In this document: positions 53,601 to 64,000 of the stretch, one piece after another | Numbering within the stretch: position 1 is the stretch's first letter | How the letters are laid out: every line of letters begins with the position of its first letter | Program-made: the position numbers and the translations under genes | Notes under the pieces: model-generated | The model's database searches: none | Seen by the model: only the letters and a program-made list of their open reading frames with translations | What the model was told of the DNA's origin: nothing | Origin: Azolla caroliniana | Taxonomy: Eukaryota; Plantae; Polypodiophyta | Direction of reading: 5' to 3' | Assembly (NCBI GenBank): GCA_043228905.1 | Contig: JBHGNT010000013.1 | Location: 15,810,001-15,874,000 of the forward strand | Length of the DNA: 64,000 nucleotides

Positions 53601-56600
53601 TATGGAGCTATGAATAAGTTTCTATGGTAAAACCTCTGAAATACCCTGGTTTTTCTTTTATTTCCACAAATGCCCCAAGTTTTGGTTATTTCACCAAACA
53701 GGCTCAGCCAATCACCAGAAGAGGTATAAATTTATAATGTCAGTGCTCAAAGAGCAGATATAATCACTCTTTCAAGGGTTGATCAAGGGGATTTGGGATG
53801 GTAAAGAAAAATTCAGGATTATTTTGGAGTTTTTCCCTAAAGTGTTTTACAAAAATACCCCACCCATCTGCACATTTAGAGTAACGTCACTACCTGTCAC
53901 ATGAAGGATGGGGCGGCAGTGACTGGCCTGGTGATTGCTGGGATCTCTCTTATTGCAGTTTCTATTACAGGAAATCCAATTTATGATCCAATTGGCTCAA
54001 TGTTTGTGGGCAGCCTGCTGGGAATGGTAAGTATTTATGTCTGTCTTGATCACATCAAGAATGCTTGAATTTGCTAGACAAGTCAGAAATCATTGGGAAA
54101 GGAGAGCATAGAAAATGTGCGCATATTATTAGACAAGTTGGGATAATTGGGAAGGGTCTTAAATTCCAGTATTGCAGGATTAAATCAGGGTATGTGAAAG
54201 AATGCTAAACACTCAAGGAAAGTGCTTATGCAAAGTGCTCTCCTGTCAGTTTGTTTTGACAAGCAGTCAACCAAGAAACCAAGCACATGTAATGAAATAT
54301 AGGTAGTCTGTGTCTCAAGTAATGCAAAATGCCATACTCTTGTCCCCACCCCCGTCTAAACATAAATAAACAAGACACAAACAGTCAGAAGACACTATAA
54401 TTCTTGATGATTAAACTGCATCAAAGCTTGACAGCATGATCACTTAGGGCTGAGAACATCAAAAGCATGGACAATACAATCTGCAGATGAGATAGCAAGT
54501 GATGCTAATATTGTCACCAGGCCTCCAGTGGTCTGTACTTTCTATCATTGCATGTGCATACATCTTCATTATATTTGTTCTAGATGGACTTTCTTATGTG
54601 ATGAAAGTCTTCATAACATGGGCATACATATTTTTGGAGAATATAAGTGATGAACATATGTGATGAAAGTTTTCATAACATGCTAATATTGTCAACAGGC
54701 CTCCAACGGTCTCTTTAATGGACTTTCTATCCTTGCCTGTGCATGCATCTTTGTTATATTTGTTCTAGATGAATTTTCTTATGTGATGAAAGTCTTCATA
54801 ACATGGGATAGAGCTGCAATGTGAATATTTATGCATGATGTGGAATGTTAATTACGGCAATGGGATTTCCTGAAGCATTAGAAGATTTAGCTTAATAAAG
54901 TTAAGAAAGATGTATAATGTCAATAGTGATGAATATCATTCTGTTCAGTTTTTGAGACAGTTTGAATGTGAAGTTGATGTAAACATACCAAATATTTGGT
55001 GATGCTGAAACATTGACCTTCTCATGGTTATCCATCTTTTGTTTGCTATAGGTTGCTGTGTTTCTGATCCAACGAAACCGGCATGCATTACTAGGGAGGG
55101 CAATGGATCAACAAGATATGAAACGTGTGCTTGATTTTCTTTCTGTTGATCCGGTAACTTCTATATTATTGGAAGGCGATGTTTCATATGTACTTTTGCC
55201 AAAACATGACACCATTGATCTTGGTCATGTTTTCCTAGGCTGTGGATGCTGTCTATGACTGCAAAAGTGAGGTCATTGGACCAAGATCCTACAGATTTAA
55301 AGCAGAAATAGGTAAGCGTTAATACAGCTCTTATTTCAGTATGGTTGCAGCAGTTGGTGTTTCCAGAGGTTTCTAATGTGGACTGAGAAGATTCTATTGA
55401 ATGTATGAATTCAATCAATGAAACTGCTGCTTGTTAAGATCTTTGTCATAGAGTGATACAAGGTGGTGATGATGCTGAACTTGGAAAGAGTTACTTTTGG
55501 TATGTAGGACATCATGGATATATCCTGGAGGAAATTTTGGTAGAATGGTGCAAATGCCATAGATTAATAGCTGTAACTGTAGTTGACATTCTGAGCTAAT
55601 GGTCTCAATGATGCTGTCAACAAGTGTGTTAAAAGGTGTCAATGTGCTGGAATCCTATCACTTTGACACTTAATGTTGTGTTGCCTTTTTCTATTGAGTT
55701 CAACTGCAGAGAATGCAGTCTGGGAATGAGAACATTTGTATTATTTGCTTAAAGGCCATCCTGTAAATCGACCTTTTCTTGTGGTACTGGTAACCATGGA
55801 TAACACCGTCACCTATACATATCTTCAGAAAGTTACGTAGATTGACTGAGATCCAACTTCAAATGCCAGAGGAGTCCTGCAATGAGACTCCAAGTGAGTT
55901 GCATATACCCATGCAGATTGCGTATGCAATCCTCCATGGCATTGTTTCTGCATGGATATTTTTTGGAGGCTGCATGTGCTTGCTTGTCTATTTAACGTTG
56001 TAATACTAAAAAAAAAGAGATAGTAGTATTTTATGTGGACTTATGCCTCATGCTTGTTTTCATGTATTGAATGGATCCAATGTATACTTTTTTCTAATAT
56101 TACGTGGTTAGGAATACTTATTTTTTCAAGATTTATTTCCACTAGGTGGAACAGATCTTAACAATACTACTTTTAGGATAGGGATTCACATCCTGATTTG
56201 CACATGTCCTTTGATTGGGATCATTTTATATCTATAACTTTGTGTTGGCAGACTTCAATGGAGTTGTAATTGTTCAGAATTACCTCAAAAAGATTGATCG
56301 AGAGGCATGGTCCGATCAGGTTTGTAGTTATTTATTATGCAGCACTATATATCAAAAAAGATGAAGCAGTTTAGAGCTTATTTTTCTTAAGTTGTAAACT
56401 TTTTCGCTATTCAATGTTTGGATTCCTGTAACAGTTCAAAGCTGCAGTAAATGATCCAGATGACCGTGCTTTGGACAATGTCATGTCTCTCTATGGTAAA
56501 GTGTCTCCTTTATTTACATTACTATAAAATGTGAGATAATAATGATCTAACTCTTCCTTGTTGGTATGATGTGCACATGGAAATCTCTCAGGGGAGGAGG

Positions 56601-56713
56601 TGGTCTTAGCCCTTGGTAGCGAAGTAGACAGACTAGAAAAAGAGATTCAAAGACTTGTTCCAGGAATTCGCCATGTTGATATTGAAACTCACAATCCCAA
56701 TGGTCCTCTATGA
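50656..56713 (+). CDS. MTP7: Cation diffusion facilitator, metal tolerance protein MTP7/MTPC4 (ZnT9-like), multi-exon
   Basis: Arg/Ser-rich N-terminal presequence; SQKAVIIALCCNFVVFSLK..SHVMLAEAVHSLADLANQ; APDDLHP|YGYSKERFVWSLISAVGIFCLGSGAT; GHDPTAVAVMME|DGAAVTGL; YDPIGS; NRHALLGRAMD; YDCKSEVIGP; LGSEVDRLEKEIQRLVPGIRHVDIETHNP. Stop at 56711-56713. Confidence 0.93.
50940..51029. repeat. ~22-bp minisatellite at the start of MTP7 intron 1
   Basis: GAAGGTTA(C/T)CAAT(G/T)G..ATAAT repeated about four times. Confidence 0.8.
54502..54808. repeat. Diverged ~180-bp duplication in an MTP7 intron
   Basis: ATGCTAATATTGTCA.CAGGCCTCCA...TTTGTTCTAGATG..TTTCTTATGTGATGAAAGTCTTCATAACATGGG occurs twice. Confidence 0.75.
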
Positions 56714-58084
56714 TGTGTCTTGCTGAAGTTAACTTGGGGTTTTATCATAGCCTTGCGAATGAGATGTCCTGATTGATCATCGCATATGTGGACTTCTATA
56801 ATATATCCGTTCCCAACTTTGGGAGGATGCTGGTTAACATAATTAGATTCTGTAACGTTAAATTTTGGAACCAAAAATGGTTCTGTCGATGCAGCAGCAT
56901 TGGCAAAGAAGTATCCCTTGTCCTCATAAGCACACAGCCCATGCCTGAAGAATTATCATTTCTAACAAAAGCTGTGGTGAGGTGAATGGTATGTCTCTCA
57001 CAAATACGTATTACACAACAGTAGTATATGTGTTCAATACCAAGGTAGAACAATTGGTACGGTGTGTAATATAATTTCTTTAATGCATTCAATCTTATAT
57101 AGAACTAGTGAAATATTGAGGCACTTAGTACTTAGAAGCATGCGAACATTCTAGAATATGTCCAAACTAAAGTATAGGAATGGATGTCTTAGAATAGATA
57201 TATTCCTCTCAATCCAGTTTTTATATTGCCTATTATTTGTGGTGGGGTTTGCACCAAGCACTAGTGACACTATTAATGAAGCAATCAGATGTTGTAAAGG
57301 CAATATAATGGAGTGCAAGCCCAACGAGGAATTGACCAATCTATTTGTGGATAGACAACAACTAGTGTTGAAGGCAATTGTCTCAAGAAGACAAAAGGAT
57401 GTAGAGAGGGTGAAATCAAACACAAAGGATAGAGCATGAGAAAATTATAACCCTTGATAGGCAAAATATGACCTGTAGGGATCAAGACTTTTTGTTAAAT
57501 GGTGTGAACTTTATGAATGTGAGGGCAGAATGATCCATAGAGACAAATTCAAGAAATCTTCCTTGTTTCTCATAAAGATTAGATTTGTGAGTACATAGTC
57601 TTTAGCATGTTGTGCTAGAGCAATTGAACAAATTGCATCATTTGTGTTGCTTGTAGCTTGACTTTTGCTAATAGATTGTTGAGGTCATGCATCCTTGTAC
57701 CAAAGGTTGAAAACCAAATCCAGTATGCTTGTAGATGTAGGGAAATGTGTACCTTGGATGTACAAGGATATGAAATAGATAGATTGATATAGAGATCTGC
57801 TATGATTGGTGGGTATCACTATATTGTTTTCAATTTCATAAGTTGTTGGGGTACTAAAAATGCATCTATTTCCATTAATTGAATGAGGATAATGAATTAG
57901 ATTCACAAATTAAAAGGTGTACTCTTGGAATAGTTTACAACTTTTATGTACTGTGTCACCATTTGATTTACTCCATCACTTCAAGCATATTCCAATTTTG
58001 ATATGGTGTGATAAGTATTTACTACATGCTGAAACTTCTCCCTATGTGGTTGTGTGTGTGTATGTATGTGTGTGTTTGTGTGTG

Positions 58085-58127
<43 letters not shown>

Positions 58128-61100
58128 CCAGATGGATGTAGATGTGGAATGAATGCGTGGAAGCAAGTGAGGACCCATCGGTGAATGTGCACATCAAACA
58201 ACACAGAGAGTATGACAGAAGATATGATTGAAGCATAGACACAGTTCGAGCTCAAATGGAAGCTTTCGTTATTTTTGCTCTCTCTCTCTCTCTCTCTCAG
58301 AGACTCAATGTACAAGAATGATCAAAAGACTCACCTTACAACATTAGGTTATTGCTTATATATTAAGCCTGAACTCTATGGACGTGTTCACACTAGGATA
58401 CAAAGTGGAAGGAGTCGGCCTTTTATCCCAACAAACTCCCCCGTAAAAGGACTATTCTTTTCTACATGTACAAGTGGTTGGGGTTATCTCCCCCGTAAAC
58501 CTAGATTACAAAATTAATCTAAATTTATATTACAAGTCAGCACAAAGCGGAGTTGGTAAAGGTGAAGTCAATGTTTAGCCTCGTTCATCTAGCCTTAAGG
58601 TTAGGTTGGTTCGAGTCGGTCGAATCAACTTGTTCGAATCGTTTTTCATTCGAATTGCTTTGAATATCGAAGTCGGCTTGTGTTCGATTCTCGACTTCGG
58701 CCTTGTGTTGATTGTTCGTAGCTCGCTTATTTCTACTCTTGTGCTCCTTGCTGGATCCTTCATCTATATCCGAGTTCGTTCGCTTCTCAATCATTTCCTT
58801 TCCAATTAGTATCTTTGCTCAGGGCTATTTCTTCAACCCCTTGTGTTTCCAAACGTGTCAATTTCGCTCTTCTCGTGAGTCTGTTCGGGTCGGTTTCAAC
58901 TTCCCTTTTGCTTCTCGTTCGACTTTCTTTTGCTCGGTCGCTTGTCGTAGTCCCATTGTTGTCCTCAGTGTTCCGAAGCGTTGATCTGGGAGTGGCTTCA
59001 TCAGGCAATTGGCGATGTTCACCTCAATGTCGATCTTTCGAACTTCGCGTGTCTTTTCGGTTATCAGCTCTGGGATGTGATGATGTATTGCGCTCTGTTA
59101 GTCGCAATAGATGGTTGGTGCTTATTCATCGATTCAGTTTTTAGCCGAAAAATCAGCAGTTAGTTACTGCAGCCAGATCGCTTCCTTCGTTACCTCCGAC
59201 GTTGCTATGTACTCAACCTCTGTGGTTGACAGGGTCATGCACTCTTGCAGCTTCGACCTCCATGATATAGCACCGCCACCATAGGTGAAGATGTAGCCTG
59301 ATGTCGACTTCTGATTATCCGAATTCCCGACGTAGTTAGAGTCAGTGTAGCTTTCGACTTCGGTCAGAATTGCCAATCCGAAAGTCAGCGATGCATCTTT
59401 GGTCCCTCTTAGATACTTGAAGATGTGCTTGAAGGCCTCCCAATGCTTCTGTCCTGGGTTTGACATGTACCGGTTGACGACCCCTACGATGTATGTAAGA
59501 TTGGGTCAAGTCACCACCATCGCGTACATGATGCGTAGGGTACACTTCCTACTACTGATGCATAGGGTATCTTTCCATTAAGCTCTTTCTCCTTATCCGT
59601 CGAAGGAGAGTCTCTGTTCGATAATCATATCTTTTGTTGTTTGTTGTGCACATTCAGTAACAGGTCCTCATTTGCTTCAGTGCATTCATTCCACAAGACA
59701 TGATACTTCCTAATGTTGTTGCGTAGGGTATCTTTCCAGTAAGCTCTTTCTCCTTATTCGTCGAAGAAGAGTCTTTGTCCGATAGTTAGATCGATGTCGA
59801 AAATAGTGTTGGTGCTGGCTTTGAGTTCTCCATGTTGAAGCGCTTCAACACTTTGCGGATGTACTCAGATTGGGAGAGTCAGAGTTTTCGTCATCCAATT
59901 TCACTCGATCCTCATGCCTAGTATGTGTTGGGCTTGTCCAAGTTCCTTCATCGTGAACTTGTTGTGAAGGCTCCGCTTTAGCTTTCCTATTTCGGGTTGA
60001 TTGCTTCCTGCAATCAGAATGTCGTCGACATATAGGACCAGATAGATCCGCAACTCGTCGGCTAGTTGCCTAGTGTATACATGGGTCGGAGTCAGACCAG
60101 TTGTATCCGAGTTGCCGGATGTAGGAGTCAAACTTCTGGTACCACATCCTCAACGCTTGTTTTAAGTCGTAAAGGCTTTTCTTCAATTGACATACGAGGT
60201 GACCTTCCTCCCTCGTCACCGTGAAGCCTGCCGGTTGGGACATGTAAATGTCCTCTTCTAGGTCTCCGTGTAGGAAAGCCGTCTTGACGTCCAATTGCTC
60301 AAGCTTTAGGTCTTCGGTTGCCACGAACCGAAGTAGGAGTTGAAGGGTGGTCATCTTGACTACTGGTGAGAATATCTCGTCGTAGTCGACCCCATGTTCT
60401 TGTTTGAATCCCTTTGCAACGACCGAGCTTTGTATTTGGGATTTTCTGAGTCGGATACATATTTGTATCGGAAGACCCATTTGCAAGACAACAACTTTCT
60501 TCTAGCTGGTAGTTCAACCAACTCCCATGTTTGATTCTGTCAAATCGAGTCCATCTTGGATTGCATGGGTTGTAGCCAGGTATCAACGTCCGATGCGGCT
60601 AAAGCTTCTTCGTATGTGCTTGGTTCACATGCATCCGTGTAGTTGATGTAGTCGAGACCCGGTTGATAGAACTTTGTTGGCCTTCGATTTCGTCTAGATC
60701 TCTTGACTGTCGTAATGATCCGTTCGGATCCTTCGATCGTCACTATCGACCGACCGACATTTGTTGAACCAGTTATGTCAGGAGTCCTTTCGGACTTGCC
60801 CTTGTGATAGGATTTCAGCGATGTCATCACACCCTCCCTTGCTTCGGGATCGAGAGACTTAGCTGACTCGAATTTGTGTTTCCCTTTGGCCTGGGGTGTC
60901 TCGGTTGGGTCAACTCTGTTTTTGACTTGTATCTTGTCGACTTTGCCTTTTTCGACTCTTGTCGATTTGGCTTTTTTTTTATGGCTTTGTCTTCGAGTTT
61001 GACTAGTAAACCTCCTACTGATTCAAAGGCGGCAGGTGTATTCTCGACTTGGTCGAGTTTGACTTTGTGTCGAATCTCCGATTCAGCTTGGTGAGACGGT

Positions 61101-62447
61101 CTTTCTACGACTTCTCTATCGATTTTGAAAGAGACATTTTTGCCCACTATTTTTTGCTGGTTCTGTTTAGAGAGGATAGAGTCTTCATTGAAGACTACAT
61201 CACTACTCTGGATTGACTTCCAGTTCTATGGGTCCTATAGCCTGTAGCCAAATTCCCCATTGGTTCTATAATCGAGGAATATGCATTTCATTGCATGGGG
61301 TGCCAACTTAGTCCTATTCTCCTTGGGGATGAATGCGTAAGCTTCACATTCAAAAATTCGAAGCCTTTCGTAGGTCGATTGTTTGACTGACCATAGTGCT
61401 TGACCATAGTTCAGTTGATCCTTTCTGCCACTCCATTATGCATGGGTGTGTATGGAACGGTTTGTTGATGCTGGATCCCTTTGTTGGACAAGTATTGTTT
61501 GAAGGCTCGGGAGGTGTATTCTCCTCTGTTGTCGTATCAGAGTGTCTTCACTCTGTGTCCTGACTGATTCTCCACTTCGACTAACCATCGAGCGAAGATA
61601 TCGAGCGCTTCATCTTTGGACCTAATCGAATAGGCTCAAACTTTCCGTGTACAATCATCTACAAAAGTGATGAAGTACCGAGAACCTCCTAATGATCGTT
61701 CAGGCATAGGTCCACATATATCTGTGTGGATGAGCTCTAGGGGTTGTCGTACCGTCTCAAAGTATAGAGAGTGTGGACTTGGGGTTTGTTTCCCGTATCG
61801 ACAATACTCGTAGAAGTCCGTCTTTGCTTGGAGTTTCGGAATGTAGTCGACCGGATACAAGTTGTTGTACTTGAGTCCGCTTCCTATTTTTAGGTTTCCA
61901 TGGGTGATCATCCGTGCCGAGTCTTTGACAGTCATTCGGTACTTGTCTTCGGCTAACATGCCGATGGAGACCATACTCCTCTTCAGATTGGGTATGTGCC
62001 GAACTTGGTGTAGGGTTATCATGTTGCCATTCGGCAGTCAGATGGGAACCTCTCTGATCCCTGTGATTACACACTCCTACCTATTTCTGAGTCGGATTGT
62101 GTCGCTGGCGTCAGCCAAATAATTCAAAAACCATTTGATGTTCGGGGTTACATGAAATGTGGCACCGCAATCCAACAACCACATGTACGCGTCTTGTGTA
62201 TTGTAGAGGACTTCTCCGATCATCAACCCCTCGAAGGAGAGGATTTCTCCCAATCGGGTGTCGACAACATTGACTTGGTTGCCAACTGGAGAGTGATTTG
62301 AGTCAGATCTTCCTCGATTATGCTCGGATCGTCGACCACTCTCTTTTCTCTTGATCGACTAGCAGTTGGAAACATTGTGATCGGCTTTTTTGCAATGGGT
62401 GCAGAAATTGCCTGATCAGCCCGTTCATGACTTTGACCGTTGTCGGT

Positions 62448-63149
62448 TGACGGGAACCCAACGTTCCTTATGCGCAACGCTCGGCCACAACCAAGATTAT
62501 TTTCATACACAGAAAATAGGAAATAGAACATGACACAAAGAGGAAGACAAATACACAGGAGGTTAACGTGGAAAACCCCAAACTAGGGGAAAAACCACGG
62601 CAGCCCACAGGCTGCAAACTGTCACTATGTATGAATGTACAAAACAATGAGTTCACGGAGGCAACGACCTCGGACTCACGATCTTCGCCACAGGCGGCGG
62701 TTACAACAGAGACAACGACCTCTTTCTCTCTCTCTCTCTCTCTGTACAGTTGTGCGCTCTCTCTTCTTCTTGCACCAACAAGGAGGAATAACAACACAAT
62801 TAGTTTTGCCCTAAGTCATATTTATACTAATATGACTTTCCGGCTATTTACAAATATAGCCACAATGGGCTCTCAGAAACATATTTACGAATATGTCTCT
62901 TCCTCCGGTTCATACCGGGTCTGCACCATCCGGCTCTCCGTAGCCAGGTACTCCTCATCCAGCATCCGGCTCTCCGTACCCGGGTACTCCTCATCCGGTT
63001 CATACCGGGCTTGCACCTTCCGGCTCTCCGTAGCTGGGTACTCCTCATCCGGTTCATACCGGGCCTGTATCATCCGGCTCTCCGTAGCCGAGTTTGTTCG
63101 TCGGCACTGTTCTTCTCCCTTCCCATCCGGAGGGACCTGTTTCCCAACA
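62448..63149. mobile_element. 702-bp solo LTR of a different family nested in the copia element
   Basis: Begins TGACGGGAA and ends TTCCCAACA (imperfect terminal inverted repeat). Perfect 5-bp TSD TCGGT at 62443-62447 and 63150-63154. Contains an LTR-typical AACGTGGAAAACCCC..GGAAAAACCACGG motif. Confidence 0.85.
62902..63089. repeat. 54-bp GC-rich tandem repeat inside the solo LTR
   Basis: TCCGGTTCATACCGGG..TGCACC.TCCGGCTCTCCGTAGC..GGTACTCCTCA in about 3.5 copies; it reads as an 18-aa repeat in the ORF track. Confidence 0.85.
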
Positions 63150-63617
63150 TCGGTCTCCCCTCATTGTCGATTGACTATGGTGTCGACAGGTTCTGTCGGC
63201 CTGTTCTTTCGATCAACTCGGTCGAGTGGTGGGCTTTTGCCGATTCATCGATGGTGAGTCCCATTGATTTTCGTCGAATATCCTCGGTGAGGATTGGTCG
63301 ATCGTCTCTACTTCTTTTGTTGCCGCCGAGTAGCCGGTCGTTGTGATACCACTTGTGGAATGAATGTGCGGAAGAAAGTGAGGACCTGTCGGTGAATGTG
63401 CACAACAAACAACACAGAGAGTATGGCAGAAGATATGACTGAAGCGTAGACACAATTCAAGCTCAAATGGAAGGTTTCGTTATTTCTGCTCTCTCTCTCT
63501 CTCTCTCTCTTAGAGACTCAATGTACAAGAATGATCAAGAGACTCACTTTACAACGTTAGGTTATTGCTTATATATTAAGCCCTAAATCTTTGGACGTGT
63601 TCACACTAGGATACAAA

Positions 63618-63694
63618 GTGGAAGGAGTATAGCTTAGTTGGTAAGGTTGCCCAAGGGAGACCAAGTGGTCATGGGTTCAACCCCTACATTCCAC
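63618..63694 (+). other. tRNA-like sequence (pseudo-tRNA or tRNA-derived SINE head)
   Basis: A-box TAGCTTAGTTGG (63630-63641), B-box GGTTCAACCCC (63674-63684), and complementary ends GTGGAA/TTCCAC. The anticodon arm does not pair well. Confidence 0.55.
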
Positions 63695-63898
63695 ATTGGC
63701 ATCGAGTGAAATAAGATATATCTATAGAGTAATAGAGGTGAGAAAATTGGGTTTCGAACCCAAGATGTAATGCTAGTAGTGTAAATGACTTACCATTAAG
63801 GTAAGCTAATTATGAGAGAGAGAGAGAGATTGATTGATTGATTGATTTGAATCCAAGACATTGTGTGACTAGTGTAATAACTTACCACAAGGTAAGGT

Positions 63899-63947
<49 letters not shown>

Positions 63948-64000
63948 AGTGGAAATTCTTTCCTTAATGGTGTTTGTCTTGCATGTTGGGAATTCAACAT

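Larger units (their letters stand above)
58143..63628 (-). mobile_element. Degenerate Ty1/copia LTR retrotransposon lacking gag
   Basis: LTRs at 58143-58433 (TG..CA) and 63354-63628 (truncated), roughly 90% alike by eye. PBS TGGTATCA (minus strand, 63344-63351) and PPT GGGGGAGTT (58434-58442). Copia domain order with stops and frameshifts: protease WLLDCGATFH (~62150-62185), integrase LELIHTDICGPM..FVDD, RT QLDVKTAFLHG and LYVDD, RNase H YTDSN..KSTSGY..ISWRSKLQ. Confidence 0.92.

Noticed and set aside
58575-59163. Overlapping short ORFs in a TCGA-rich block
   Set aside because: Lies between RNase H and the PPT of the copia element; no protein motif, most likely the element's 3' non-coding region.
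62885-63073. Repetitive peptide ORFs (QARYEPDEEYPATESR)
   Set aside because: Simply the translation of the 54-bp tandem repeat inside an LTR.
63618-63694. Functional tRNA gene
   Set aside because: The anticodon arm does not fold convincingly and the 5' acceptor strand overlaps LTR sequence, so it is reported only as tRNA-like.

Overview
Eukaryotic land-plant nuclear DNA: AT-rich, with spliceosomal introns, (AG)n/(AT)n microsatellites and decayed transposons. The compact introns and divergent proteins suggest a non-seed vascular plant such as a fern, but that is inference only. Five conserved genes can be reconstructed by eye: plastid SPPA protease (+, 5'-partial), a lipin/PAH phosphatidate phosphatase (-), an intronless BRI1-family LRR receptor kinase with an island domain (BRL2-like, -), the plastid M50 metalloprotease EGY1 (-) and a CDF metal tolerance protein MTP7/MTPC4 (+). 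There is also an orphan 293-aa ORF with a rearranged Dof-like C4 zinc finger, flanked by tandem repeats. Mobile DNA includes a hAT-type MITE, a poly(A)-tailed retroposed insert with a 15-bp TSD, a LINE 3' fragment, two solo LTRs, a gag-less Ty1/copia element with nested rearrangements, and a cluster of tRNA-like (A/B-box) units. The most interesting candidates are the BRL2-like receptor (divergent island domain, GC-rich kinase with Gly insertions) and the non-canonical Dof-like gene. No prokaryote-type system (CRISPR etc.) is evident. All coordinates were read manually.
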